Shown: positions 10,197-22,339, numbered from the stretch's first letter. The stretch: 64,000 nt of DNA from Christensenellales bacterium (GCA_040768905.1 JAXGMA010000001.1:383464-447463), one strand, 5' to 3'. The notes: generated from the letters alone by a model not told the origin. Made by a program: numbers and translations.

Positions 10197-11438
10197 TTAA
10201 AGCTCTTCTCCCGCAGGCAGAATGCCGCCGTTACGCCAAAGGCCTATCAGAAGATCCACCATGCGCCCGTAGCTTTTCACGCCGTCGCGCTGCTGGTTGG
10301 CTTTTAAGAATGCATCGTTGACTTGTGTTGCGGTCTCACTGACCGTGCTTTCATACCGTGCCCAGAAAAGACGATTGTTTTTAAGGTCGCGCTCAAGCCC
10401 TGCGGAATACTTATCCCGCAGCTCGAAATACAGGTCGGAGTCTGCGCTGTAAAGCGCGTTCATGGCGCGGATCAACGCCAGCATGGCGCCTGAATACTGT
10501 ACGGAAACATCATCAGCAAACGTACTTATAAAATATGCAAGGAAATCCGCCTCGTCTTCACGTGCAAAGCCGCGTTGGTGCGCCAACTCATGCAAACATG
10601 TCGCAGGAAACAGCAGCATAGGCGCCTTGGCGTTGACGTTGGCCTCTCCGGTAAACGGAAAGTAAACGCCGCTGATATGCGCCCAGGAAAGCCCTTTTGA
10701 ATAAAGGACCGGTTTGACGCGCCCGTAGCGGCCGCCTATCACAGAAAGCCCCGTTTGCCGCTCAGCTGTATCGTAATACTGCGCCGCACCGCGCATGATG
10801 TCATCCCGTGAGAAAGCGGGGGAGAAGATGCCGTTTTTATCTTCGGGTACGTTTGTGCGTAGTGCATTCGCACGGGATATCAGTGCATCGCTCGTGGCAT
10901 ACAGTTCGCTGACAGCCGCGGGTGACGCATCAAGCGAAAGCGTATCGGCAAGAGGCAGCCGCGCATAGTTAAAGCCCCAAAGCAGTGTGAATAAAGCATA
11001 GATCATAGACAATATACAAAGAAGGGCTGTTGTGCGGCGAAAGGCCACCTGCCACCACGCATGCTTTGCCAACACGGCGCGGACAATCATAAATATCAAA
11101 AACGCAGCTGTGAACAGCACAAAAGCATAAACAAGAAATTCACCGAGAGAGAAAGGCAATAGGCCGGTCAGAGAAGAGATGCCTGAGTTGACAAAAGGAA
11201 AAAAGCCGCGGGAATAGACCGATTCGACAAACTCCGGCACGAGGAACGCAAGCCGGAAAAGGGCGTAAAATACCGGCCCGGGCAGCAACCAGAAAAGGCG
11301 CTTAAGTTCGGTTTTTGTGTCCCAAGCGGACAAATCGGCAGCCCCCCCTCTTGTGTATTTCAAAGCAGCGATTTTGCGCGCCGGTCGTTTGACGGCGGCG
11401 TTTGCAGTTTTATGCGGTGTCATCATTGTACACAACAC
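10197..11438 (-). CDS. DUF3810-like membrane zinc-metallopeptidase-family protein
   Basis: WGFNYAR, PFTGEANVN, HELAHQRG..EDEA (HExxH); start uncertain. Confidence 0.75.
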   Translation of the reverse strand: MLCTMMTPHKTANAAVKRPARKIAALKYTRGGAADLSAWDTKTELKRLFWLLPGPVFYALFRLAFLVPEFVESVYSRGFFPFVNSGISSLTGLLPFSLGEFLVYAFVLFTAAFLIFMIVRAVLAKHAWWQVAFRRTTALLCILSMIYALFTLLWGFNYARLPLADTLSLDASPAAVSELYATSDALISRANALRTNVPEDKNGIFSPAFSRDDIMRGAAQYYDTAERQTGLSVIGGRYGRVKPVLYSKGLSWAHISGVYFPFTGEANVNAKAPMLLFPATCLHELAHQRGFAREDEADFLAYFISTFADDVSVQYSGAMLALIRAMNALYSADSDLYFELRDKYSAGLERDLKNNRLFWARYESTVSETATQVNDAFLKANQQRDGVKSYGRMVDLLIGLWRNGGILPAGEEL

Positions 11439-11484
11439 CGCTCTTTTGAGTCAAATGGTAATTTGCACAGGTTGGTTTTTGACG

Positions 11485-11513
11485 TTGACAGCAAGCACCA
11501 CGCCGTATATAAT
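11485..11513 (+). promoter_or_regulatory. sigmaA promoter of valS leader
   Basis: TTGACA (11485-11490), 17 bp, TATAAT (11508-11513). Confidence 0.85.
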
Positions 11514-11519
11514 TTTGGC

Positions 11520-11746
11520 AAATGCAATGACGAAGAGGAGTAGGGCGAGGCGCCGCCAAGAGAGAGGCCTAAATTGCTGAGAGGGCTTTGCGGAGAGTAC
11601 GCTTAAAAGTCGCTTCGTGAGCACCGGCGGGGATAAGCCGCCGGCGCGGGCCGTGCGTTATTGCGGCATTCAAGAGCGGGCATATAAAGCGCCCGAAACA
11701 AGGTGGTACCGCGGTGATTTCCGTCCTTTTACGGGGCGGTTTTTTT
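11520..11746 (+). promoter_or_regulatory. T-box riboswitch (Val)
   Basis: AGTA/AGAGA/GCTGAGA stem I motifs; T-box AAGGTGGTACCGCG at ~11700; terminator CCGTCC..GGGCGG-T run; a Val codon (GTC or GTA) in the specifier region; upstream of valS. Confidence 0.92.
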
Positions 11747-11777
11747 AGTTTTTGATGTTTTGACGGAGGAAAATGAT

Positions 11778-14408
11778 ATGTGTGCAAAAGAATTGAGCAA
11801 AGTGTATGACCCGAAAGAAGCCCAGCAGCGGCTGTATGATGAATGGGAAAGCAGCGGTTATTTCCGCGCGGAGAGAGATGAGACCAAACAGCCGTTTACC
11901 ATCGTAATCCCTCCGCCCAATATCACGGGGCAGCTGCACATGGGCCATGCGCTCGACAATATGATGCAGGATGCCATCATACGCACAAAACGCATGCAGG
12001 GTTTTGCTGCGCTCTGGCTGCCGGGTACCGATCACGCGAGCATCGCCACGGAGGTCAAGATCGTTGAGAAGCTGAGTGAGGAAGGTACATCAAAGGAGCA
12101 ACTCGGGCGAGAAAAATTCCTTGAGCGCGCATGGGAATGGAAGAAGCAGTACGGCGGGCGCATCGTTGAGCAGCTCAAAAAGCTCGGATCCTCGTGCGAT
12201 TGGTCGCGGGAGCGTTTCACGATGGACGAGGGCTGTTCAAAAGCCGTCAATGCTTTTTTCATACGGCTTTACCAAAAAGGGCTGATATACAAGGGAGACC
12301 GCATCATCAACTGGTGCCCGGACTGCGAAACGGCGCTTTCTGACGCCGAGGTTGAGCATACAGAGCACGATGCACATCTTTGGTATTTCCGCTACCCGGC
12401 TCAGGACGGCGGCGAAGGTATCGTGGTGGCGACGACGCGACCGGAGACCATGCTCGGTGACACGGCCGTGGCGGTCAACCCCAAGGACAAACGCTACCGG
12501 CACCTCATCGGCAAAAACGTCATATTGCCTATCATGGACAGGCCGATACCCGTCGTGGCGGACGACTATGTGGACATGGCGTTTGGCACCGGCGCGGTCA
12601 AAATCACGCCCGCGCATGACCCGAATGATTTTGATGTCGCGGAGAGGCACGGGCTGCCTGTTATACGCGTGCTTGATGACAGCGGTGTCATCAACCCCAG
12701 CGGCGGAAAATATGACGGTGTACATAAAGACGAAGCGCGCGGCTTGATCATCAAGGAGATAGAAAGCCTGGGACTGCTAGTCAAAACGGAAGACTACAGA
12801 CATAACGTGGGGCATTGCTACCGCTGCGACAGCGTGGTGGAGCCTATCGTATCCAAACAATGGTTCGTGGCGATGAAGAGCCTGGCGCAGCCTGCTATAG
12901 AAGCCGTGCGTTCGGGCGAGATCAAATTTGTACCCAAACGCAGCGAAAGCGTTTATTTCAACTGGCTCGAAAACATCCGCGACTGGTGCATATCGCGCCA
13001 GCTATGGTGGGGACACCGCATACCCGCGTGGTACTGCAATGGCTGCGGAGAAATGGCGGTTGCCGAGAAAGCGCCGGAAAAATGCGCCTGCGGCGGCAGC
13101 GCCTTCACACAGGATGAGGACGTGCTCGATACGTGGTTCTCAAGCGGGCTCTGGCCGTTCTCGACGCTCGGCTGGCCGGAGCAGACCGAAGACTTCAAAT
13201 ATTTTTACCCGACAAATGTGCTGGTAACAGGTTATGATATCCTGTTTTTCTGGGTGGCGCGCATGATCATATCCGGATACGAGTGCACGGGGCAAAAACC
13301 ATTTGAGTATGTGAGCATACACGGCCTTGTGCGCGATGCGCAGGGGCGAAAGATGAGCAAGTCGCTCGGCAACGGGATCGATCCGCTTGAGCTGATCGAA
13401 CAGTACGGTGCGGATGCGCTCCGCTTCTCGCTGGCGGCGGGCGTACGTATCGGCGGAGACCTGCGTTTTTCTGACGAGAAGGTGCTTGCCGCGCGCAACT
13501 TCGCCAACAAGATCTGGAACGCTGCGCGTTTTGTGCTGATGAATACGGGCGGCGATGTCATACCCATCGATGAAGAAAAGCTTGATATTGCGGATAAATG
13601 GATACTCTCACGCCTTTCAGCCTTAACTTCAGACATCACGGTGCTGATGGACAAATTCGAGCTGGGCATGGCGGCGCAGAGACTGCATGATTTTCTCTGG
13701 AGCGAATACTGCGACTGGTACATTGAAATGGCCAAACCGCGTCTGCTGGGCGGGGATGAGGCCGACAGGCAGACGGCGCTCTGTGTGCTCAACACTGTGC
13801 TTTCGGATACATTGAAACTGCTGCATCCGTTCATGCCGTTCATCACCGAAGAGATCTTTATGTCATTGCCGGGTGCGCAAGGCAGCATCATGGTTTCACC
13901 CTGGCCGAAGCCGGGCAAATTGTATAAGGCCGAAGAAAAGGCGATGGAAAGCGTGATGGAGCTGATACGCGGCATCCGCAACATTCGAGCCGAGATGAAC
14001 GTGCCCGCGAACAAACGCGCTGCGCTCAAGATACTTGCTTCCCATGAATCACGCGGTGGTTTTGAGATGTGCGCCAAATATATCGAGCGGTTGGCCTATG
14101 CGTCGGGACTTACGTTTATCTCGGACAAAACAGAAATACCGCAGAACGCCGTATCGGTCATAGGATCAGGGGCAGAGGCGTTCATGCCTTTGGGTGAGCT
14201 GATAGATATCGGCAAAGAGCTCAACCGGCTTGAAGCGGAGGCACAGCGGCTTGAAGCTGAAATTCGCCGCGCCGAGGGCAAGCTTAGCAATCCAGGTTTT
14301 ACGCAGAAGGCGCCGGATCACGTGGTAGAGGAAGAGCGCGTCAAGCTCGCGAACTTTAAGGATATGCTCGGCGCTGTGCGGCAGCGCCAGGGCGAGCTTA
14401 AGCAATGA
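11778..14408 (+). CDS. valS: Valine--tRNA ligase
   Basis: PPPNITGQLHMGH, KMSKS, C-terminal coiled coil; GGAGG RBS before ATG 11778. Confidence 0.98.
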   Translation: MCAKELSKVYDPKEAQQRLYDEWESSGYFRAERDETKQPFTIVIPPPNITGQLHMGHALDNMMQDAIIRTKRMQGFAALWLPGTDHASIATEVKIVEKLSEEGTSKEQLGREKFLERAWEWKKQYGGRIVEQLKKLGSSCDWSRERFTMDEGCSKAVNAFFIRLYQKGLIYKGDRIINWCPDCETALSDAEVEHTEHDAHLWYFRYPAQDGGEGIVVATTRPETMLGDTAVAVNPKDKRYRHLIGKNVILPIMDRPIPVVADDYVDMAFGTGAVKITPAHDPNDFDVAERHGLPVIRVLDDSGVINPSGGKYDGVHKDEARGLIIKEIESLGLLVKTEDYRHNVGHCYRCDSVVEPIVSKQWFVAMKSLAQPAIEAVRSGEIKFVPKRSESVYFNWLENIRDWCISRQLWWGHRIPAWYCNGCGEMAVAEKAPEKCACGGSAFTQDEDVLDTWFSSGLWPFSTLGWPEQTEDFKYFYPTNVLVTGYDILFFWVARMIISGYECTGQKPFEYVSIHGLVRDAQGRKMSKSLGNGIDPLELIEQYGADALRFSLAAGVRIGGDLRFSDEKVLAARNFANKIWNAARFVLMNTGGDVIPIDEEKLDIADKWILSRLSALTSDITVLMDKFELGMAAQRLHDFLWSEYCDWYIEMAKPRLLGGDEADRQTALCVLNTVLSDTLKLLHPFMPFITEEIFMSLPGAQGSIMVSPWPKPGKLYKAEEKAMESVMELIRGIRNIRAEMNVPANKRAALKILASHESRGGFEMCAKYIERLAYASGLTFISDKTEIPQNAVSVIGSGAEAFMPLGELIDIGKELNRLEAEAQRLEAEIRRAEGKLSNPGFTQKAPDHVVEEERVKLANFKDMLGAVRQRQGELKQ

Positions 14409-15526
14409 AATACATCCATATCGCTGGCACCAACGGCAAAGGCTCGACAGCAGAATACTTATACCGTATCATCATGGCGGCTGGCAAGCGCTGCGGCTGT
14501 TTTACCTCACCGCATCTTATATCGCCAAATGAGCGGCTGCGCGCAGACGGATGCTGTATAGAAAAAGGGGAATATGACGCGCTGCTTTCCAAAGTGCGCG
14601 AAAAAAAACTGCCTGTCAACGAGACGCTTTTTGCGGCACAGACCGCGGCAGCGCTTGTCTGGTTTGAACGCCTGGGGCTCGAATATGCCGTTTTGGAAAC
14701 GGGCCTTGGCGGGCGGCTTGACCCGACAAATGTCGTGCAGCCTGTTCTGAGCTTACTGACCACGATAGACTACGACCATACAAATATACTGGGCAAAAAG
14801 CTCGAGCAGATCGCTTATGAAAAAAGCGGCATCATCAAAAAGGGCGTGCCCGTCTTAAGCGTGCCTCAGCATCCGGACGTGGCGGCTGTGATCGCCGCAC
14901 ACTGTGAAAAAGCAGATACGCAGCTTGTCACGCTGCCTCATATCAGCATAGTGTCCGCTTCGCTTGAAGGGCTCAAGTTCGTATTTGAGGGACAGGTTTT
15001 TGATGTTGTTGCGCTTGGCAGCCATCAGGCGCAGAACGCGGCGCTCGCGCTTTTGGCAGCGCGTCAGCTCGGCATGCCGGATGATGCGATATACAGGGGG
15101 CTTGCAGATACGCGGCTTTTCTGCCGTGCACAGTTCATCAAAGGCGGCCCCGATATGCTGCTTGACGGCGCTCATAACAGCGCGGCGGTGGACGCACTGC
15201 TCGGGGTGCTTTCTGATTACTTCCGGAGGCGTGAAAAGATCCTGTTGTTTGCGTGCATGGCTGATAAAGACTATGAAGTGATGGCGGATAAGCTTGCGCC
15301 GCATTTTACAAAGGTGTTTGTCACACAGGCAGATTATCAGCGCGGCGCGGATGCGGATTCGCTGCAAAAGCTTTTTGCGCAGCATACGGTCTGCGAAGCT
15401 GTGCAGGATCCATTGCAGGCGTTTTATGCCGCAAAAAAGGCAGCGGATGAAAAAGATATGCTGCTCGTGGCGGCGGGTTCGTTCTATCTTGTGGGGCGGA
15501 TACTGCCTTTGGTATCCGGTGCTTAA
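14405..15526 (+). CDS. folC: Folylpolyglutamate synthase/dihydrofolate synthase
   Basis: IAGTNGKGST, FTSPHL, ETGLGGRLDPTN, DGAHN; standard valS-folC synteny. Confidence 0.95.
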   Translation: MKYIHIAGTNGKGSTAEYLYRIIMAAGKRCGCFTSPHLISPNERLRADGCCIEKGEYDALLSKVREKKLPVNETLFAAQTAAALVWFERLGLEYAVLETGLGGRLDPTNVVQPVLSLLTTIDYDHTNILGKKLEQIAYEKSGIIKKGVPVLSVPQHPDVAAVIAAHCEKADTQLVTLPHISIVSASLEGLKFVFEGQVFDVVALGSHQAQNAALALLAARQLGMPDDAIYRGLADTRLFCRAQFIKGGPDMLLDGAHNSAAVDALLGVLSDYFRRREKILLFACMADKDYEVMADKLAPHFTKVFVTQADYQRGADADSLQKLFAQHTVCEAVQDPLQAFYAAKKAADEKDMLLVAAGSFYLVGRILPLVSGA

Positions 15527-15580
15527 CAAACATATAGTTTTCGCATAGACGCTTGCTTTAAAAATACGGAGGGTCAATTC

Positions 15581-15835
15581 ATGTTTTTGTTTGACAAACG
15601 CGAAATATTCAAAGGCTGGGCTTTTGGGGATTTCTGCGGCGTCAGGGACGCCCTTGAGGCGGCGGGTATCGATTACCGGTATAAGATCGGCAGCAATATG
15701 GCGGAAGCGAGAGCCGGAAGGATCAGGCCCTGTCCTGGTTCAAGCCAGAGCAAAGATTTTACCGTTTACGTTAAAAAACAGGATTTTGAGCAGGCGCAGT
15801 ATGTGCTTTCCAAAAGGCGGCAGGCCAAAAGCTAA
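15581..15835 (+). CDS. Small hypothetical protein (DUF2007-like)
   Basis: GGAGG RBS; LEAAGIDY ... VYVKKQDFEQA pattern. Confidence 0.55.
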   Translation: MFLFDKREIFKGWAFGDFCGVRDALEAAGIDYRYKIGSNMAEARAGRIRPCPGSSQSKDFTVYVKKQDFEQAQYVLSKRRQAKS

Positions 15836-15987
15836 AAGGAAAAATAGCGATAGTATGTTCGCCTTTCTTCTTGCTAATTAGGCATTCATTGTGTTATAAT
15901 GGCTGACGGAAGGCAGGGAAAGACATGCCGTACCTCGCGTCTGGTACGGTTTTTTTATAAACAGGGGATAAGAAAAGGAGATTTGTT

Positions 15988-16293
15988 ATGAGGATTGACC
16001 ATATTGTTTGCTTCAAGTTCAAGGACGGTACAAAGCCGGAAATGATCGAGCGGCATATGCAAAGCTTTGCAGCGCTTAGCGGCATGATTCCCGAAATCGC
16101 GGGTTATACGGCAGGGCGTACATGTAAGGTCTCATATGAAAAGACGGCCGATTATGACGTGATGCATTGTGTGAAATTCGCTTCGCAAGAAGCACTGGAA
16201 ACTTATTTCTTTCATGAGGCGCATCAGGCATTCATTGAAGAAAACAAGGATCTTTGGCAGGATGTGATCGTCATCAACGCTGACATACAATAG
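15988..16293 (+). CDS. Dabb-family stress-responsive A/B barrel protein
   Basis: HIVCFKFK ... F.S.EAL..Y..H.AH; AGGAG RBS. Confidence 0.85.
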   Translation: MRIDHIVCFKFKDGTKPEMIERHMQSFAALSGMIPEIAGYTAGRTCKVSYEKTADYDVMHCVKFASQEALETYFFHEAHQAFIEENKDLWQDVIVINADIQ

Positions 16294-16308
16294 CAAGGGG
16301 CGAAGCTG

Positions 16309-18273
16309 TTGGATTTTAAGCTGTATGCCAAATTCAAGCCTGCCGGCAGCCAGCCACAAGCCATTGAAGCGCTGGTATCCGGTATTGAGGCTGGGAAAAA
16401 ACATCAGGTTTTGCTCGGTGTGACGGGCAGCGGGAAAACTTTCACCGCAGCGGGCGTGATTGCACGGTTAAACCGGCCTACGCTTGTTTTGGCGCACAAC
16501 AAGACGCTTGCTGCCCAGCTGTGCAGCGAGTTCAAAGAATTTTTCCCCGAAAACGCCGTCGAGTTTTTCGTCAGCTATTATGACTATTACCAGCCTGAGG
16601 CCTATGTGCCGGGTAAGGATCTGTATATTGAAAAGGATGCGAGCATCAATGACGAGATAGACAGGCTGCGCCACAGTGCGACCTCGGCGCTGCAGGAAAG
16701 GCGCGATGTGATCGTGGTGGCTTCCGTGTCGTGTATCTATTCTATTGGCGACCCGGCTGAATACCGCAATCTGAGCGTGTCGCTGCGTCCCGGCATGAAA
16801 ATAAAACGCGACGATCTGCTCTCAAGGCTCGTGGACATCAGCTACGCGCGCGGCGACATGGACTTTACGCGCGGGCGTTTCCGTGTGCGCGGCGACACTG
16901 TGGAAGTGTTCCCCGCGAGCACGGCGGAAAATGCGGTGCGTATCGAGTTCTTCGGTGACGAGGTGGAGAGGATACTCGAGGTCGATACCGTCACAGGGCG
17001 CGCCACGGCCACGCGGCAGCATCTCGCGGTGTTTCCGGCGACGCACTATGCCGTGGAGCGCGAGAACATGCTCGCCCAGCTTGACAACATACGTGACGAC
17101 TTATCGGCGCAGATAGAAACCCTCAAATCGCAGGGCAAGCTTTTGGAAGCCGAACGGCTCAAACAGCGCACCGTGTATGATATGGAGATGCTGCGCGAAC
17201 TTGGCTATTGCAGCGGCATCGAGAATTATGCGCGCTATTTTGACGGCCGCAGACCGGGAGACCCGCCATACACGCTGCTTGATTATTTTCCGGACGATTA
17301 CCTGCTTTTCATCGACGAATCACATGTGATGATGCCGCAGGTGCGCGCGATGTACAAAGGCGATTTCTCCCGCAAGGATATGCTCGTGCAGTATGGTTTC
17401 CGCCTTCCTTCCGCTTACGACAACCGGCCGCTTACGTTCGATGAGTTTACGGCGCGGCAAGGGCAGACGGTGTATGTAAGCGCGACGCCCGCCGCCTACG
17501 AGCGCGGGCTTGCAGGCAGCGTCGTTGAGCAGATCGTGCGCCCCACAGGGCTTGTTGATCCCGGGATCACCGTGATGCCCGCAAAGGGGCAGGTGGAGCA
17601 TCTTTTGGGTGAGATTCGCGCGGTGGCAAAAATGGGTTTTCGCACGCTTGTGACCACGCTGACCAAGAAGATGTCTGAACGTCTCACGGATTATTATAAA
17701 GAGCTTGGGCTGCGCGTCAAATACATGCACTCGGATATCGATACGCTCGAACGCATGGAGATCATCCGCGGGCTGCGGCTCGGAGAGTTTGACGTGCTCG
17801 TGGGCATCAACCTGCTTCGCGAGGGGCTCGATCTGCCCGAAGTCGCGCTGGTCGCCATACTCGATGCCGACAAAGAGGGTTTTTTACGCAACGAGACCTC
17901 TCTGATACAAACCATCGGGCGCGCCGCGCGCAATGTGGAGGGGCGCGTACTCATGTACGCGGATATCATGACCGGATCCATGCGCCGCGCGATCGACGAA
18001 ACGGAACGCCGCCGAGCAATGCAAATCGCATACAACGAAGAACACGGCATCACACCGCAGAGCATCATAAAGGATACGCGCAGCATGATATCGGTCACCA
18101 AACCTGTCAAAGAAGACAACAAACTGACGCACGCCGAGGCGCTCAAAAAAGCGGCTATCATCGAAAAGCAGATGCGGCAGGCCGCGATGGAGCTTGAATT
18201 CGAGGCGGCCGCCGCGCTCAGGGACGAACTCTTCAGGTTAAAGGAAATCATCAGAAAAGGGAACAAGCCATAA
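16309..18273 (+). CDS. uvrB: Excinuclease ABC subunit B
   Basis: [23 protein letters not shown]-terminal UVR domain. Confidence 0.98.
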   Translation: MDFKLYAKFKPAGSQPQAIEALVSGIEAGKKHQVLLGVTGSGKTFTAAGVIARLNRPTLVLAHNKTLAAQLCSEFKEFFPENAVEFFVSYYDYYQPEAYVPGKDLYIEKDASINDEIDRLRHSATSALQERRDVIVVASVSCIYSIGDPAEYRNLSVSLRPGMKIKRDDLLSRLVDISYARGDMDFTRGRFRVRGDTVEVFPASTAENAVRIEFFGDEVERILEVDTVTGRATATRQHLAVFPATHYAVERENMLAQLDNIRDDLSAQIETLKSQGKLLEAERLKQRTVYDMEMLRELGYCSGIENYARYFDGRRPGDPPYTLLDYFPDDYLLFIDESHVMMPQVRAMYKGDFSRKDMLVQYGFRLPSAYDNRPLTFDEFTARQGQTVYVSATPAAYERGLAGSVVEQIVRPTGLVDPGITVMPAKGQVEHLLGEIRAVAKMGFRTLVTTLTKKMSERLTDYYKELGLRVKYMHSDIDTLERMEIIRGLRLGEFDVLVGINLLREGLDLPEVALVAILDADKEGFLRNETSLIQTIGRAARNVEGRVLMYADIMTGSMRRAIDETERRRAMQIAYNEEHGITPQSIIKDTRSMISVTKPVKEDNKLTHAEALKKAAIIEKQMRQAAMELEFEAAAALRDELFRLKEIIRKGNKP

Positions 18274-18278
18274 CACTT

Positions 18279-21098
18279 ATGGAATTTATCAAAATCAAGG
18301 GTGCGCGGGAGCACAATCTCAAAAACATTGATGTAAAGATACCGCGTGACAAACTCGTCGTCATCACTGGGCTTTCAGGCAGCGGCAAATCGTCGCTCGC
18401 TTTTGATACCATTTATGCCGAAGGGCAGCGGCGCTATGTGGAATCGCTCTCGGCGTATGCGCGCCAGTTTTTGGGGCAGATGGACAAACCGGATGTGGAT
18501 TCCATTGACGGCCTCTCGCCCGCCATTTCCATAGACCAGAAAACAACGAGTAAAAATCCGCGCTCGACCGTAGGCACAGTCACGGAGATACACGATTATC
18601 TGCGGCTGCTGTTTGCGCGCGCCGGAGAGGTGCATTGCACACAGTGCGGCAAGAAAATTGAGAGACAGACAGTTGACCAGATCGTGGACGATATCGCAAG
18701 ACGGCCTGAGGGTACGCGGCTGATGATACTCGCGCCCGTGATCAGCGGCCGCAAGGGAGAACACAAAAAAACGTTTGAGGAGCTTTCCAGATCGGGCTAC
18801 ACGCGGGTGATGGTCGACGGCGCGATATACACGCTTGATGAGGAGATCACGCTTGACAAAAATAAAAAGCATACGATCGACGTCGTGATCGACCGCATCG
18901 TGCTTTCTGCCGATTCTCAGGCCAGGCTGCATGATTCGGTGGAAACAGGGCTTGCGCGTGGCGAGGGCGTTATCAAGGTGGTTGACTTAAGCGACAACTC
19001 AGAGCAGCGGTATTCGCAGAACTATGCATGCATTGACTGCGGCATCAGCATCGAGGAGATTTCTCCGCGCATGTTCTCGTTCAATGCGCCGTACGGCGCC
19101 TGCCCGCACTGCCATGGCCTTGGCACGATCATGAAGGTGGATGAAGACATCGTCATACCGGACAAAACAAAATCGCTCGCGCAGGGCGCGGTGCGCGTCA
19201 TGGGATGGAATTCAGCCGCCATGGACAGCTGGGGTACGCAGTATTTTAAAGGCATGGCCAAACACTTTGGCTTTGATATGGATATGCCTTTTAAAGACCT
19301 GAGCAAAGATGTTCAGAGCAAGATACTGTACGGTACCGGCAGCGAGCGTTTTGAGGTGGATTATTCTTCCGAATTCGGACAGGGCACGTTCTACAACAGC
19401 TTTGAAGGTATCATACCGAGTATCGAGCGGCGTTATATGCAGACCGAATCCGAAGGCATGAAGGCCGAATATGAAAAATATATGGCCACGCTGCTTTGCC
19501 CCGTTTGCGGCGGCACGCGCTATAAACCTGAGCCGCTCGCGGTGCGAATCGGAGGAAAAAACATCGCCGAAGTTTCAGACCTTTCGATCAGCCAAGCGCT
19601 TGCGTTTTTCGAGAATTTGAAGCTTACCGAAAAACAGCGACTGATCGCCGACCGGGTTTTAAAAGAGCTCTCCGCCAGGCTTAATTTCCTGCGCAATGTG
19701 GGGCTGGTGTATCTGACGCTCTCGCGCGCGGCCGGTACGCTCTCGGGCGGCGAAGCGCAGCGCATACGGCTTGCCACGCAGATAGGCTCCGGGCTGACAG
19801 GCGTGTTGTACATACTCGACGAACCGAGCATCGGCCTGCACCAACGCGATAACGGAAGGCTGCTTGCCACCTTAAAGGAGCTTTTGGCGCTTGGCAATAC
19901 GCTTATTGTGGTCGAGCATGACGAGGAGACCATACGCAGCGCCGATTATGTGATAGACATGGGCCCGGGGGCAGGCGTGCACGGCGGGCGTGTTGTCGCA
20001 GCGGGAACGCCATTAGAGATCAGCGCGAATACTGAATCCGTGACGGGGCAGTATCTCTCGGGTGTAAAAAAGATCACGGTACCCAAAAAACGCCGCAAAC
20101 CCAGGGCATATTTTACGGTGAAAGGCGCATCGGAAAACAATCTTAAGAATCTGGATGCAACTTTTCCGCTGGGCGTCATCACAGCGGTCACTGGGGTATC
20201 AGGCAGCGGAAAATCCACGCTGGTCAACGAGATACTCTATAAGGCACTTGCCAAAAGTATTTACGGCGCGAAAGACAAGCCGGGCAGGCATTCAGCCATT
20301 GAGGGCGCGGAACAGATCGACAAGGTGATCAGCATCGACCAGAGCCCCATCGGACGCACGCCGCGCTCCAATCCTGCCACATATACCGGCGTTTTTACGC
20401 CCATACGCGATATTTTCGCCGCCACAAAGGACGCGCGAGTGCGCGGGTTTAACAAGGGGCGCTTCTCATTCAACGTCAAAGGCGGGCGGTGTGAAGCGTG
20501 CAAGGGCGATGGTATCATAAAGATAGAAATGCATTTTCTTCCCGATGTCTATGTGCCGTGCGAGGTCTGCAAAGGCGCGCGTTACAATCGGGAAACGTTG
20601 GAAGTCAAATACAAGGGCAAAAGCATACAGCAGGTGCTTGACATGACGGTGGAAGAGGCACTCGGTGTTTTTGAAAGTTTGCCTTCAATACGAAACATAC
20701 TCCAAGTGCTTTGCGATGTGGGGCTTGGCTATATACGGCTTGGGCAGCCTTCGACAACGCTTTCGGGAGGCGAGGCGCAGCGCGTCAAGCTTGCGACATA
20801 TCTTTCCAAACGCCAGACAGGAAACACGCTGTTCATACTGGATGAGCCGACGACGGGGCTGCATGCTGCGGATGTGAAAAAGCTTGTGGCCATACTTGCG
20901 CGGCTTGCGGACAAGGGCAACTCGGTGATCGTCATTGAACACAATCTCGATGTGATCAAGTGCGCCGATCATTGCATTGACTTAGGCCCCGACGGCGGCG
21001 ATGGGGGCGGGCGTATCGTGGCGCAGGGCACGCCTGAGCAATTAAGCAAAATTGAAGGCAGCGCAACAGGCATTTATCTGCGCTGTGTTTTGGAGTAA
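18279..21098 (+). CDS. uvrA: Excinuclease ABC subunit A
   Basis: GARE HNLKN, two ABC domains with LSGGEAQR, zinc fingers. Confidence 0.98.
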   Translation: MEFIKIKGAREHNLKNIDVKIPRDKLVVITGLSGSGKSSLAFDTIYAEGQRRYVESLSAYARQFLGQMDKPDVDSIDGLSPAISIDQKTTSKNPRSTVGTVTEIHDYLRLLFARAGEVHCTQCGKKIERQTVDQIVDDIARRPEGTRLMILAPVISGRKGEHKKTFEELSRSGYTRVMVDGAIYTLDEEITLDKNKKHTIDVVIDRIVLSADSQARLHDSVETGLARGEGVIKVVDLSDNSEQRYSQNYACIDCGISIEEISPRMFSFNAPYGACPHCHGLGTIMKVDEDIVIPDKTKSLAQGAVRVMGWNSAAMDSWGTQYFKGMAKHFGFDMDMPFKDLSKDVQSKILYGTGSERFEVDYSSEFGQGTFYNSFEGIIPSIERRYMQTESEGMKAEYEKYMATLLCPVCGGTRYKPEPLAVRIGGKNIAEVSDLSISQALAFFENLKLTEKQRLIADRVLKELSARLNFLRNVGLVYLTLSRAAGTLSGGEAQRIRLATQIGSGLTGVLYILDEPSIGLHQRDNGRLLATLKELLALGNTLIVVEHDEETIRSADYVIDMGPGAGVHGGRVVAAGTPLEISANTESVTGQYLSGVKKITVPKKRRKPRAYFTVKGASENNLKNLDATFPLGVITAVTGVSGSGKSTLVNEILYKALAKSIYGAKDKPGRHSAIEGAEQIDKVISIDQSPIGRTPRSNPATYTGVFTPIRDIFAATKDARVRGFNKGRFSFNVKGGRCEACKGDGIIKIEMHFLPDVYVPCEVCKGARYNRETLEVKYKGKSIQQVLDMTVEEALGVFESLPSIRNILQVLCDVGLGYIRLGQPSTTLSGGEAQRVKLATYLSKRQTGNTLFILDEPTTGLHAADVKKLVAILARLADKGNSVIVIEHNLDVIKCADHCIDLGPDGGDGGGRIVAQGTPEQLSKIEGSATGIYLRCVLE

Positions 21099-21151
21099 TA
21101 CAGGGTTTTTAACCAGCGAAGAGAGCGGATTGCAGCGGAGGGATATATCCG

Positions 21152-22339
21152 ATGAAAACGAACACGAAGATGTGGGGGAAAGTGGCTGCCGTTGATTTGC
21201 TGCTGCTTTGTTTTTCTTTTACCGTATCCTTGACAGGACAGATGTTTCGGGCCATAAAGCAGACTTATTCCTTGAGTCTGACACAGGGCAGCCTGCTGCT
21301 CTCGATACAGAGCATTGGGGGCATTGTTTTCGCGATCTTGTGCATCCTTATCATCGATGCCTTCAACAGGGCAAAGACGCTGATTATCATGGGGTTTGCG
21401 CTTTGCGGTTTAATGATCGCCGTTGGCGCGATCCCGCCAATCTTCGCCCTTTTTGCCATATTTGCCGTTCTTGGTTTTTCAGGAGCTGCGGTGAACACGC
21501 TCACCAATTCAGTGATGTCTGAAACTGTTCCAAATAAAACCGGAAGATATATAAATTTTATGCATTTTATATTCAGCCTCGGTGCACTGACTGCGCCGAT
21601 ACTGTCTCAAGCTCTCTTCGCGGCTTTCGGGCTTTCCGGCGTGTTCCTTTTTTTCGGCGGGTTTGCGCTTTGCTGTACAGCATATGCAGCAGCGGCCTTT
21701 TCGGACAGGATGAGGCAAAAACTGATGAGCGGCAGTTTGTCACTGAAACGACGCATGAAAGAAACATGGGCTGTCATAAAAATACCCGGTATGAAACAGG
21801 TGTTCTTGATCGCGGTATTTGTTTGCGCGTGGCAGCTCTCGGCCATATATTTTATTTCATCATTCTTCACCGAGATAAAAAACCAGCCGATGGACGGTGC
21901 TTTTGCGCTGTCGCTGCTGTTTTTCGGCATGATGCTCTCAAGGCTTGTATATGCCCGCATAGCGGACAGATTTTCCAAAGGATACGTATTAATGCTGACC
22001 AATATCGCAGGACTGCTGGCATGGGTTTGTATTTTTCTGGTGCCGGGCATTGCGGAAAAGATGATTTTTCTGGGACTTGCTGCGGTATTATGCGGCAATA
22101 ACACACCGATAATGTATGCAAGCGCATGCATGACAGCGCCTAAAAACACCGCGGCAGCGTCCGGGATCGCGACTCTTGGATATTATATTGCCCTGCTCAC
22201 ATTCTTGCCTTTTATCGGTTCATTGGGTGATACCTTCGGGTTAGAAAATGTCCTGATCTTTTGTGCCGTGCCTCTGCTGCTGGCCATTCCTGCGGCGTAC
22301 GCTTTTCACAGAAAGGTCTATGCAAACAAACAAAATTAA
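21152..22339 (+). CDS. MFS transporter
   Basis: About 12 hydrophobic segments, 395 aa. Confidence 0.85.
   Translation: MKTNTKMWGKVAAVDLLLLCFSFTVSLTGQMFRAIKQTYSLSLTQGSLLLSIQSIGGIVFAILCILIIDAFNRAKTLIIMGFALCGLMIAVGAIPPIFALFAIFAVLGFSGAAVNTLTNSVMSETVPNKTGRYINFMHFIFSLGALTAPILSQALFAAFGLSGVFLFFGGFALCCTAYAAAAFSDRMRQKLMSGSLSLKRRMKETWAVIKIPGMKQVFLIAVFVCAWQLSAIYFISSFFTEIKNQPMDGAFALSLLFFGMMLSRLVYARIADRFSKGYVLMLTNIAGLLAWVCIFLVPGIAEKMIFLGLAAVLCGNNTPIMYASACMTAPKNTAAASGIATLGYYIALLTFLPFIGSLGDTFGLENVLIFCAVPLLLAIPAAYAFHRKVYANKQN

Noticed and set aside
15901-15950. ZTP (pfl) riboswitch
   Set aside because: Shares CTGACGGAA and CGTCTGG words, but P1/P3 do not fit, the predicted start site cuts the motif, and downstream genes are atypical
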